The notes beneath the pieces are model-generated. The model was not told where the DNA came from. It did no database searches and was given only the letters and a program-made list of their open reading frames with translations. This document shows, piece by piece, positions 1 through 9,723 of a stretch of 38,469 nucleotides of DNA. The position numbers were made by a program, and so were the translations under genes. Every line of letters starts with the position of its first letter. The stretch's first letter is position 1. Source of the DNA: Stramenopiles sp. TOSAG23-2 (taxonomy: Eukaryota); contig LT649316.1 of assembly GCA_900128395.1 (NCBI GenBank), positions 1 to 38,469 of the forward strand. The letters run 5' to 3'.

Positions 1-33
1 TTTCGTCGTTATCTTTCGTGTTACTTGATCCAT
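1..33 (-). CDS. Possible 5' start of a gene running off the left edge (MDQVTRKITTK...)
   Basis: ATG at 33-31 followed by 10 open codons to the window edge, with AT-rich microsatellite-bearing DNA upstream. Too short to verify. Confidence 0.25.
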   Translation of the reverse strand, partial: MDQVTRKITTK

Positions 34-64
34 GGTGATGATGGATGGATGGATGAAATTATTA

Positions 65-119
65 TCTGTTGTCTGTTGTCTGTTGTCTGTTGTCTGTTGT
101 CTGTTGTCTGTTGTCTGTT
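65..119. repeat. (TCTGTTG)n heptamer microsatellite, about 8 copies
   Basis: Read directly from the sequence. Confidence 0.95.
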
Positions 120-236
120 CTTATATATGTGGCTATTATAGATTGTATCTATCTCTAGATCTATCTTATACATCTTATTACATCAATTATATAAATAAAT
201 ATAAATATAATATGCAAATATAACTGCCAAATTTTA

Positions 237-308
237 TCCCACTTCCTTCCCCCTTCGAAACGTTTTCGATTTGTCATGGGGAGCTACCACTGGTGGTAGC
301 CCGGCTAG
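237..308 (+). mobile_element. Candidate 72-bp non-autonomous Helitron-like element
   Basis: A|TC at 236/237, a perfect hairpin GCTACCAC-TG-GTGGTAGC (283-300), then CTAG|T (305-309). It is a GC-richer island in AT-rich DNA. Only one copy is present in the window. Confidence 0.35.
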
Positions 309-979
309 TATACGAAATTTCCTTTCAAGTATAAATTATGCCGTATGCCGTGGTCACGGGAAGATCAATTTTTTGTGTTGTTATGATGTTATGAATTATC
401 CAATATCTACCTATATTAATGAATAAAAATTGGTATACTAAAATCTATACTTAATAGAATGAAACACACGAAGATATATTTTTAGCACACATATTAAAAA
501 AGTTGTTTTTTTTTGGGTTCCGTTCTTTCTATTTTATATATACAGTTCAAAAATATACGAAATAATCCAAATATTTTATCATTCCAAATACTATATTAAT
601 TATATATTAAATGGGTGTAATAATTGATATAAATATTGATACAATATATCCTATTATAAATTATAAAAACAGCAGTATGTTAAGATCTTTCTTATAAAGT
701 TTACCAGTTAAACACACACATTTATACACCAGATATATACATATAGACATTGTGAGTGCGTAGTGTCATTGAAAGAGAGACACATTGAATCAATTATAGA
801 AATTTATAATATCGAAGTTAATTGCATATTTATTTATATCTTTACATTAATTCGTAGTTTGTATTTAGTTACACTTTATTTTAACATTTATATTCAATTA
901 GTGAATTATACACACATATATAGTTACAAAGGCATATTTATTAAAATAGCGAGTACATTTTAAACATGTAGACAATTCG

Positions 980-1282
980 ATGAAACCATTGACATGGGAT
1001 GCAATTGATAATTCAAAAGATAGTGGTGGAAATAAATTAATGGATTGGAAAAAGATTGAAGAGGCCGAAGTTGGTACATTGTTAAATGGTTTTAGACCAG
1101 GACAAGCATTAGCACCTCGACCACCACCACAACGCGTACCACCACCACCACTTAAAAATCGAGTATCCTTTGCAGATGATTTTAAAGGTGGTAGTAATAA
1201 TGTGAAGGCATCACCATTAAAAGCAACACGTATTTTAACTAGCAGGCAAGTGCATAATTATTCCAAGTATCATAATCATTAA
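980..1282 (+). CDS. Small Pro-rich hypothetical protein, possibly the last exon of a longer gene
   Basis: 100-aa ORF with coding-like composition (RPPPQRVPPPP). The frame stays open upstream to an AG at 948-949 that could be a splice acceptor. No family recognised. Confidence 0.5.
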   Translation: MKPLTWDAIDNSKDSGGNKLMDWKKIEEAEVGTLLNGFRPGQALAPRPPPQRVPPPPLKNRVSFADDFKGGSNNVKASPLKATRILTSRQVHNYSKYHNH

Positions 1283-1341
1283 AAAAGATAGAGAGAGAGG
1301 GAAGTGTGTGCATGATCCAGCAGAGGTATTATATAAAAATT

Positions 1342-1395
1342 ATGATGGTTAAAATCTAAGTTATAATATTTTTACACTTCTCGTGTTAAGTAATA
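1342..1395. repeat. Dispersed short repeat A (inverted partner at 32288-32360)
   Basis: 1370-1395 is an exact 26-bp reverse complement of 32288-32313, and 1346-1358 matches 32341-32353. Confidence 0.85.
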
Positions 1396-1510
1396 TATCA
1401 TATATATATATGTGTTTTTCTAATATTACATGCTCAATACAAATTAATTAAAAATGTTTGATGGTTAAAATCTTTTCAGTACACATCTCTTCTGTCTAAC
1501 GCACGCACAC

Positions 1511-1796
1511 ACTCATTTCACAACTTTGATCCAGTGGAACCAGGTAGTGGATATGTTTCAACTAGTTCGATCATTTCCTTTGCTAATTCCTCACCACCAC
1601 CATCTTGGCTGAAATGCCCAACTCCCTCTAACATAATGGATTTTTTTACGCCTACTCATTTCACAACTTTGATCCAGTGGAACCAGGTAGTGGATATGTT
1701 TCAACTAGTTCGATCATTTCCTTTGCTAATTCCTCACCACCACCATCTTGGCTGAAATGCCCAACTCCCTCTAACATAATGGATTTTTTTACGCCT
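1511..1796. repeat. Tandem duplication, 143-bp unit, spanning the dehalogenase stop codon
   Basis: 1511-1653 = 1654-1796. Confidence 0.95.
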
Positions 1797-2851
1797 GGGC
1801 ATTTTTGTTCAAAGATATAACCAGCCCCGCCTAATACAGGGTCATTTGTACCAAAAGCTAATAATACTGGTTTCGTCCAATTTTCAAATACAGGCCATAA
1901 TTCAAGATTTGTTTGTGCACCATTTGATTGTGGACGGCCTGTGGTATCCTTTGGTGGAGTTGGCACTAGTTCTGGATATTGTATTGCACCTGCAATGTAG
2001 CTTTCATCTGGAAACGGTGCTTGGTATGCAAGTTGCTCTGCCTCCGTGATGAAACCTTTTGGACCAGCAGATGGACCTTGCGTACCACGATACATCAATC
2101 GTCCAACTGAACCTGGTTGATTTAAAAGTCCACCATTTACCACTTTTTTCCAATCTATATATATATATATATATGTAGAGTAAATAGCAGATATCAAAAA
2201 TATACGTAGTTTGTTAGAGGATTTGAATAGTTGTATATCTATATTATATAATTAATAGAGTGTATATAAGGAAATGTAGGTTAATATATATGATATAATC
2301 TACTTACTGTAAAACCCAGGACTTATATAATTTTCACCTTCAAATTCAACATTGCCTGTTGGGAAGATGCTATTGGAAATGACAAGTCTTGCAAATTTGG
2401 ATGGTGATCTTGCTGCTATACGCAATCCTTGAATACCACCCCAATCTTGTAAAAAGATAGTAATGTCTTTTAAATTCAAATGATTAAATATTAAATCTTC
2501 GTTCCATGCCACATGCCTTTCATATGTATAATCAGAAGGTTTTGATGGCTTGTCGCTCCAACCAAAACCTACTTGATCAAATAAAACGACGCGGTATCCT
2601 TTATCGATTAATGGCCCAATCATGCGACGATATAAATAACTCCATGATGGTTCTCCATGGCATAACAGCATTGTTTCTTTTGAATTTTTATTTCCCAAAT
2701 CCCAATATGCTATTTGTATTTCTGCATTGAATAATTTGGAGGTAAAATATTGAGGTTTACCCCAATGCCAACCAGGTAAATTATCAAAACGTGACTCTGG
2801 TGTTCTTAATATTTTCGTAATAGGTGCATTATTTGGCGTTGCTCCTGCCAT
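1661..2851 (-). CDS. Haloalkane dehalogenase (alpha/beta hydrolase), 2 exons (2851-2308 and 2154-1661), 345 aa
   Basis: Motifs LRTPESRF, CHGEPSWSYLYR, nucleophile QDWGG, acid residue in GTNDPVLG and catalytic His in GVGHFSQD. Splicing joins ...SPGFY-N-WKKV in frame. Confidence 0.9.
2155..2307 (-). other. Spliceosomal intron, 153 bp
   Basis: GTAAGT donor at 2307, CTAAC at 2217-2213, TAG acceptor ending at 2155. Removal restores the reading frame. Confidence 0.9.
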
Positions 2852-2900
2852 GATTTATATATGCTTTGTGTGTGATTTTTTTTTTTTAAATGTACGATGT

Positions 2901-2956
<56 letters not shown>

Positions 2957-3023
2957 GCGTTGCTCCTGCCATGATTTATATATGCTTTGTGTGTGATTTT
3001 TTTTTTTTAAATGTACGATGTGG

Positions 3024-3050
<27 letters not shown>
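2831..3050. repeat. Tandem duplication (121-bp offset) spanning the dehalogenase start codon, including (TA)n tracts of unequal length
   Basis: 2831-2951 is repeated from 2952. The (TA) run is about 25 units in the first copy and about 13 in the second. Confidence 0.93.
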
Positions 3051-3055
<5 letters not shown>

Positions 3056-3421
3056 ATGTGAAATATATTTTCATAATATTATATATATCTATGTGTGTAT
3101 CTTTCTATATTGAAGAAGAAAGGGGTTTATTATTAATTAATTAATATTATTAGGCCGGCATAATATGCGGCGCGGCGGGTGTAGGTATTCCAGGTATTAT
3201 AGGTGGTTGGACACATGTGGATTTATTAGATGATTATTATTTTAATTTTATATAATTAATAATAATACAACTTTAGTTTGAAGTTGTTTATATATATATA
3301 TATGCAAAATAATAATATATATATATACAACTCTCTCTCTCTCTCTCTCTTGGGAACTTGATAGCCCGTTTCCGTTGACTGGAAAAAATTGAAAATCACA
3401 CAAACAAAATACAGATATATA

Positions 3422-3663
3422 AAAAACACGAATTATTTATGGTATATGATCAGTTCTAACCATGGTATTAATGGAAATAGCTACTGCATTAGGTGTATCA
3501 ATCACAGCACTTGTAATCTATTTACGAAACGCTGGCCTTGGTAAAAACACGAATTATTTATGGTATATGATCAGTTCTAACCATGGTATTAATGGAAATA
3601 GCTACTGCATTAGGTGTATCAATCACAGCACTTGTAATCTATTTACGAAACGCTGGCCTTGGT
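3422..3663. repeat. Tandem duplication, 121-bp unit, spanning the oxidoreductase start codon
   Basis: 3422-3542 = 3543-3663. It produces the twin ORF starts at 3462 and 3583. Confidence 0.95.
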
Positions 3664-4593
3664 GAATTGTATTCATATTTTTTGTTCCGGCCATATCCAT
3701 TAATTAAGAAAAAAATTGAAATAGATGACAACAATGGCACGAGATACAAAACTATAACACTAACATTTGCATATCCAAAAGGAAAATATTTACCAGTGGA
3801 GGTAGAAAAAGGTGATGAATTAAAGTTGAAAGGCCCTGGAATCAAACCCACTGATTACAGCCCATCTTCTATTCGTGATGGAGAATTTGATATTACTGTG
3901 AAAGTTTATCATGATCATATTGGAGGAACTTCGTCTTATCTCGATTCAGTGAAATTAAATGAGAATGTATGGATGACTGGGCCGTTCCCACCATTTAAAT
4001 CAATGAAAAAAGTTAATTATGGCAGTCAATTAGGCATCATTGCATATGGTGTTGGTATTACAGAAGCATTGCCAGTGATATTATATGAAATGAATCATAA
4101 TAATAACTCTACTTTCAAAAAAAAAGAAATTGTATTTATATATTGCAATCGATGTACAGACGATATTGTATTTTTTAAGAAAATCAACAATTTATCTTTA
4201 TTAAATAAAAATAAAAATGTAAAATTACGTATTGTACATGTATTAAGTCGTGAGAAAAATGACATGCAAAATACTCAAGGAAATATTGAAGAAGGTATAA
4301 TTGAAGGAAACAATGTTACTTATCTTTATAATCAGCGATTAAATACATCTACATTATCTACTTGTTTCAAATATTGGGTGGATTTGAATGAAGAAGAATT
4401 GGAATCAGAAACAATAAACACAAAATCGACACCTCATTTTTTAGTAATTGGCACCAAACAAATGATAGGCGATACATGGAATATGATCAAAAACATTGGG
4501 GTTGATGTCAATCGTACAAGTTTATATTTTCCAAATAAAGAAAGAAAAATTCAATTTTTAATGAAGAAAAGTATGATGGCGGCAAAGATGTGA
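3583..4593 (+). CDS. FAD/NAD(P)-binding oxidoreductase of the FNR / cytochrome b5 reductase superfamily with an N-terminal membrane anchor
   Basis: DYSP..FDITVKVY, GGTSSYL, MTGP, LGIIAYGVGIT and FIYCNR..DI motifs in the expected order. Hydrophobic N-terminus. The motifs diverge from canonical RxYTP and GGTGITP. Confidence 0.8.
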   Translation: MVLMEIATALGVSITALVIYLRNAGLGELYSYFLFRPYPLIKKKIEIDDNNGTRYKTITLTFAYPKGKYLPVEVEKGDELKLKGPGIKPTDYSPSSIRDGEFDITVKVYHDHIGGTSSYLDSVKLNENVWMTGPFPPFKSMKKVNYGSQLGIIAYGVGITEALPVILYEMNHNNNSTFKKKEIVFIYCNRCTDDIVFFKKINNLSLLNKNKNVKLRIVHVLSREKNDMQNTQGNIEEGIIEGNNVTYLYNQRLNTSTLSTCFKYWVDLNEEELESETINTKSTPHFLVIGTKQMIGDTWNMIKNIGVDVNRTSLYFPNKERKIQFLMKKSMMAAKM

Positions 4594-4750
4594 GTTATTA
4601 TTAAAATTATATTTTTTAATATTACTATGTGATGTAACTTACATAAAGAAAGAAAAATTCAATTTTTAATGAAGAAAAGTATGATGGCGGCAAAGATGTG
4701 AGTTATTATTAAAATTATATTTTTTAATATTACTATGTGATGTAACTTAC
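4535..4750. repeat. Tandem duplication, 108-bp unit, spanning the oxidoreductase stop codon
   Basis: 4535-4642 = 4643-4750. Confidence 0.95.
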
Positions 4751-4997
4751 TAAAAAATAACCGCGCTGTTTGTTGATTGTTATAATAATTAGACTGGTAG
4801 AGTAAAAATCAATCCAGCAATCTCGGCTTAATAATTTCAATAATTGAAAAATATGGAATACCAAACACCAACAAGGAAAAAAAATTTCTGAAATCATTCG
4901 TACTTTTTTAAAAATATACTAAGTACATAATCAGAGTCTCTGACATAATCTTCGTCGTCGGTAGTAGGTAGTACCACAGGTTAAGGTATGCACGTAT

Positions 4998-5331
4998 ATA
5001 ATACAAATAGTTTGCGATCAACATGGGCCACCTGGAAAAACACGACGCCCACTCCTTTTATTATTAGAGTTTGTAGTCATTTGATAGTAGTCATGTGTTA
5101 CCTAAGCTATACATAACTTTATACTTAAAAACTGAAACTAACTTTTCCTTATTCTTAGACAAATCTTATTTTTAATTTTTGCCTTCAAGGTCTTGGAGCC
5201 GCGTGTGCTGTTTATTGTTGTTTTTTCACTTTTTTCACGTTTTCAAGGTATTTTTGGTGGGGGGGGGGAGGGGGGAGAGAGCGTCGTGTTTTTCCAAGTG
5301 GCCCATGTTGATCGCAAACTATTTGTATTAT
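4998..5331. mobile_element. MITE-like element, about 330 bp, with 51-bp inverted repeats
   Basis: 4998-5048 (ATAATACAAATAGTTTGCGATCAACATGGGCCACCTGGAAAAACACGACGC) is the reverse complement of 5281-5331 with one mismatch. The interior is non-coding. TA dinucleotides at the ends fit a Tc1/mariner-type TSD. Confidence 0.8.
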
Positions 5332-5438
5332 TCAGAATTACACGCATCAGACTAATTCAGAATTATATTTAAATTTTAAATAATAATAATAATGGAAATA
5401 ATAAATACTTTTGTACAGCTGGACATCACGCAATACGG

Positions 5439-6189
5439 ATGGAAAGAAAGGAATTTAAAATATCCATCATAATGAAGAATGCAAAGAAAAGAAATGAAGG
5501 AAAAGGACAGCAACAGGAAAAAAAGAAACAAAAGACAAGGGGGAAAATAGTAACTGTTGCTAGACAACGTGCTTTAAATATAGTAAAATCACATGTAAAA
5601 ATGAGTAAAATTTTGCCTAATTTATTTTTATCCTCAGAAAAAGCTGCAACAGGAAAAAAAGAAACAAAAGACAAGGGGGAAAATAGTAACTGTTGCTAGA
5701 CAACGTGCTTTAAATATAGTAAAATCACATGTAAAAATGAGTAAAATTTTGCCTAATTTATTTTTATCCTCAGAAAAAGCTGTAAACGAAGAAAATGTAA
5801 AACAAAATAATATAAAAGCCAATGTCGATCTATCTAAATTAAGAGTTGTTGAGCGACGAATAAAAGATAGTAAAAAAATCAAATGTTTAATTATTGATGT
5901 AAATGATGATCCAAAACAAGCTGCAATATTACAACGAAATTTATCAAATATTTTTAAATTCATAAAAAATGAAATTAATAATAATCATAATGTAGTAGTG
6001 AATTGTCAAGCTGGAATTTCAAGAAGTGCAACTGTTGTCATTGGTTACATCATGCATACGCAAAAGTTATCATACGACCAAGCATATAATATTGTAAAAA
6101 AAAGGAGACCGATCATTAATCCAAATAAAGGATTTGTAAATATGTTGAAATACACCATGAAACAAAAAGTATCCTCCTCATCATCGTAG
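5439..6189 (+). CDS. Dual-specificity protein phosphatase, frameshifted as assembled by a 136-bp duplication (204 aa if collapsed; 150-aa catalytic ORF at 5737-6189)
   Basis: SKILPNLFLS, active-site loop NCQAGISRSATVVIGYIM and RPIINPNKGF. 751-136 = 615 nt = 205 codons. Confidence 0.88.
5510..5781. repeat. Tandem duplication, 136-bp unit, in the 5' coding part of the dual-specificity phosphatase
   Basis: 5510-5645 = 5646-5781. Confidence 0.95.
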
Positions 6190-6441
6190 TATATAGATAA
6201 ATCTCATATATATGAAGAAGACGAAAGGAAAGTGTAGTACAGGTGCTTGTTCGTTTTTTGTATGATATGAGAGAGTTTTTATTAAACACTTTGAAACACA
6301 TGAAACAAAAAGTATCCTCCTCATCATCGTAGTATATAGATAAATCTCATATATATGAAGAAGACGAAAGGAAAGTGTAGTACAGGTGCTTGTTCGTTTT
6401 TTGTATGATATGAGAGAGTTTTTATTAAACACTTTGAAACA
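6156..6441. repeat. Tandem duplication, 143-bp unit, spanning the dual-specificity phosphatase stop codon
   Basis: 6156-6298 = 6299-6441. Confidence 0.95.
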
Positions 6442-6550
6442 CACATATTAAAATATTATACGAGTAATATACACACACACTTTTTACGTACGAACTGAGT
6501 TACTACAATATATATATATATATACGAAGTATATAATAAAATATATTTCT

Positions 6551-6822
6551 CTCACTCCAACGCACACATAAGTTTGTACACGCACATACTCGCTCCCTCT
6601 CACACACTATCTTAATATTGTTGACTACAATAAGTTTTATATGTTTGATTCGCACGTCTCCATGGCGAAGCCTTTGAAAAGACTTTCTCACTCCAACGCA
6701 CACATAAGTTTGTACACGCACATACTCGCTCCCTCTCACACACTATCTTAATATTGTTGACTACAATAAGTTTTATATGTTTGATTCGCACGTCTCCATG
6801 GCGAAGCCTTTGAAAAGACTTT
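6551..6822. repeat. Tandem duplication, 136-bp unit, spanning the V-ATPase d stop codon
   Basis: 6551-6686 = 6687-6822. Confidence 0.95.
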
Positions 6823-7998
6823 ATGAATCGATTTTTTTGTTTGATCATTGATATCCCCCAACATCGTTAAATATGCAATATATTCAACGTTGTCTATTTC
6901 CTGCTCTTTTAAACGGAAATATGCATAAAACATACCATAATGAAATTGACCTTCAAATGCTAATTCACACAAACGAATTTCTTGTTCTTTAAATAAATCA
7001 TTCAAATTTCCATTCACTGGTGCATCACGGCCTTCCATAATTGGCTCTAAACTTAAATTCTTAAATTGTGGAAATTGTGATAATGAAAATCGCAATTCAT
7101 TTAATTGTGAGATTGGAAAGAAACCAACACGGCGTCCGGCTTGATGTTTTTCTAATAAATATGGATACAACGTTCCAAATGTAGGGAACAACATCGCGCG
7201 ATCGACGTGATGATTTGGTTGTGCCAATAATTTCGAACCTTTCATAGCACCTGGGGATACAGAATTGTATGTAATGGAAATACTACGATGATCAGCTATT
7301 TGTTCCAATATTTCCCCCATGCATTCAGCTGTTTCCCCACCAAGGGATTGGCAATATGCATAAAAATCTTCCAAATAAAATCGATACAATAACATTTCAA
7401 CTAAATCCCACGACGTTTCCCCTAGCAATGCTTTTAAATCCCCACCACCTAATGCTTCCACTACTTTACCAAAATATGGACCTATTGGTGTATCCAACAA
7501 TACAGTACGATATAACTCAGCAATACCTTCTGCAGAGTTTTCAACATTTAATAAACTACGAAAAACGGTATCATCAAAGCGACCTAACGGGTTGAAATTA
7601 TCGCCTTCCTCGAGGAAATTAGTCATGTTGACATTGTTCTTCAACCCTTCCCTTAGCACGGTAATTACATTGGCAATCATGTATTTACATGCAACAAAAT
7701 CTAGAAATTTCGCAAGTTCAGGCGATGCTAAACATCGTATATACTCAAACTCATCCGCTAATTTTTCTTGCATCCTACGTTTTAATGCTTCTTTATTTAA
7801 TTCTTTCTCATAATCACCTAGAAACGTACCATAATCCGTTTCTTGCAAATTTAACCTAATATCGTTCAATGGGTTCTCGTTCTCCTGAGGTGGTTTATAA
7901 TCCAACAATTGATCATACTCCACATCTGTTAAAAATCCACTACGATATCCACGTATCATAGCTTCCTCCAGTCCGTCGTGTACATTAAAGGTAGTCAT
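6748..7998 (-). CDS. ATP6V0D: V-type proton ATPase V0 subunit d (divergent)
   Basis: FNVHDG..E...RGYRSGFLT..EY, LQETDYG.FL, YMI.NV, PLG.F, L.DTP.GPYF, YLEDFY.YC..LGG.TA..M and QFHYG.FYAY..LKEQE..N motifs. Confidence 0.93.
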   Translation of the reverse strand: MTTFNVHDGLEEAMIRGYRSGFLTDVEYDQLLDYKPPQENENPLNDIRLNLQETDYGTFLGDYEKELNKEALKRRMQEKLADEFEYIRCLASPELAKFLDFVACKYMIANVITVLREGLKNNVNMTNFLEEGDNFNPLGRFDDTVFRSLLNVENSAEGIAELYRTVLLDTPIGPYFGKVVEALGGGDLKALLGETSWDLVEMLLYRFYLEDFYAYCQSLGGETAECMGEILEQIADHRSISITYNSVSPGAMKGSKLLAQPNHHVDRAMLFPTFGTLYPYLLEKHQAGRRVGFFPISQLNELRFSLSQFPQFKNLSLEPIMEGRDAPVNGNLNDLFKEQEIRLCELAFEGQFHYGMFYAYFRLKEQEIDNVEYIAYLTMLGDINDQTKKSIHKVFSKASPWRRANQTYKTYCSQQY

Positions 7999-8050
7999 TC
8001 CTCCATGTCCATCCCATGCGGATAGTAGTAATAATAATCAAAAACAACGA

Positions 8051-9076
8051 ATGTTGAAAAAAAAATTGAAAAAAATGAAAAAATTAAAGAAAAGAAAACG
8101 AAAAGAAAGGAAATTGTTAAATAATAAGCAAAACAATTCTAATCCAAAACGGAGTAAAATTCATCAAAATAATAATAAACCTAATAGAATCGATTCTGAT
8201 TCTGAAAGTAATGATGACAATGTTGAAGATAATAATGTCAACAACAACAATAATAATAATGATAATAATAATAATAACAGAATTGATTCTGATTCAAGTA
8301 GTGATGATGATGACGACGATGATGCTGCACCACCACGTAGACCACTACCTACTACGACAATGACGGAAACTCTACCCAACGAATCCAAAAATCGCCTTGA
8401 TTCTGATTCAGATAGCGATAGTGACGATGCAGCGCCACCAAGGCGAAAACCTGGAATGAAAGATGGTTCTAAAGCTGGTTTAGTACATTTAAAACAGTAT
8501 GAAGAAGATCAAGCTAGAAATGAAAAAAAACGAAATGAATTAGATAAAAAAATATTTAATGATAATCAACCAATGGAAACAATATATAGAGATAAAGATG
8601 GTAACCAATTAAGTGCATCTGCAGCTTTTGAAAAGAAACAAAAGCTGGAAAAAGAGCAAAAAGAATTAGAAAAAAAACAAAAAATTATGAATAACTTGGG
8701 TGCTGTTCAAATGAAAGAAAGTATAAAAAATAAAAAAATGTTTGAAGATATAAAAAAATCTACGTTTTCACGTTATAAAAATGATAAACAATTGCAAAAA
8801 GAATTAAAATCACGACAACGTGTTGATGATCCTATGGCTAAATTTGTACATAATGAAGGCAATAACAGTAGCAGCAGTACTTCAAATATAAAAAATATTA
8901 ACCCAAACAATGTACCATTAAAACAAGCTTTACCAAATCGTTTCAAAATCAAACCAGGCTATAGATGGGATGGCGTTGATCGTGGTAATGGATTTGAAAT
9001 GCGTTTATTGCATTCTATATCGAAAAAAAAGATCGATGAGGAGAGAAAATATGTATACGCCAGTAGAAATATGTAA
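8051..9076 (+). CDS. BUD13: Pre-mRNA splicing factor BUD13/CWC26 (RES complex); the 5' end may be incomplete
   Basis: ETIYRDKDG, R.DDPMA.F and PNRFKIKPGYRWDGVDRGNGFE C-terminal signatures, with R.DSDS / PPRR repeats. Confidence 0.93.
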   Translation: MLKKKLKKMKKLKKRKRKERKLLNNKQNNSNPKRSKIHQNNNKPNRIDSDSESNDDNVEDNNVNNNNNNNDNNNNNRIDSDSSSDDDDDDDAAPPRRPLPTTTMTETLPNESKNRLDSDSDSDSDDAAPPRRKPGMKDGSKAGLVHLKQYEEDQARNEKKRNELDKKIFNDNQPMETIYRDKDGNQLSASAAFEKKQKLEKEQKELEKKQKIMNNLGAVQMKESIKNKKMFEDIKKSTFSRYKNDKQLQKELKSRQRVDDPMAKFVHNEGNNSSSSTSNIKNINPNNVPLKQALPNRFKIKPGYRWDGVDRGNGFEMRLLHSISKKKIDEERKYVYASRNM

Positions 9077-9296
9077 AATATCACAGAGTATTATTTCGTC
9101 AAAAATATACGTACACATCATATATAATATGTACATATGTGTGTGTTTCATACTTCGGTACAAAAGATCGATGAGGAGAGAAAATATGTATACGCCAGTA
9201 GAAATATGTAAAATATCACAGAGTATTATTTCGTCAAAAATATACGTACACATCATATATAATATGTACGTATGTGTGTGTTTCATACTTCGGTAC
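9027..9296. repeat. Tandem duplication, 135-bp unit (one SNP), spanning the BUD13 stop codon
   Basis: 9027-9161 vs 9162-9296, differing at GTACATATG / GTACGTATG. Confidence 0.95.
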
Positions 9297-9371
9297 AATA
9301 ATATATATATTTTTTTTTTTAAATACATATCCTCTCGTATGATAATATATAAATTATATATTATAAGAACC

Positions 9372-9429
9372 AGATTATTTCAGTTATTTTATTCTTTTGA
9401 AGAGTAGGAATTATCATGAGTAAATTAAA
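9372..9429. repeat. Dispersed short repeat B (inverted partner at 21601-21658)
   Basis: 56/58 identity to the reverse complement of 21601-21658. Confidence 0.9.
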
Positions 9430-9607
9430 GATCGATGAGGAGAGAAAATATGTATACGCCAGTAGAAATATGTAAAATATCAGAGTATTATTTCGTCAAA
9501 AATATACGTACGTACACATCATATAATATGTGTACGTATGTATGTTTTGATACTTCGGTGCAACAATATCTTTTTTTTTACGAATCGTTCGTACATATTC
9601 TCTCGTA
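9427..9607 (+). pseudogene. Third, diverged copy of the BUD13 last codons and 3' UTR
   Basis: AAAGATCGATGAGGAGAGAAAATATGTATACGCCAGTAGAAATATGTAA followed by a UTR with several indels and substitutions relative to 9162-9340. Confidence 0.85.
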
Positions 9608-9723
9608 AGAATATTTTTTTTATGCATACGAGTATTTTTTTATTTTAAAAACAAGAGATTAATACACCCTATTGAAAATATACTAGACACTCAAAATCAA
9701 CACACTATACACCACACGCTTCT

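Noticed and set aside
2890-3144. ORFs made of YIYI or LSVVCC repeats (also 32-223)
   Set aside because: They are translations of microsatellites.
3462-3665. Short twin ORFs (also 14404-14664, 24779-25048, 6612-6848, 32325-32768) as separate genes
   Set aside because: They are by-products of the tandem duplications.
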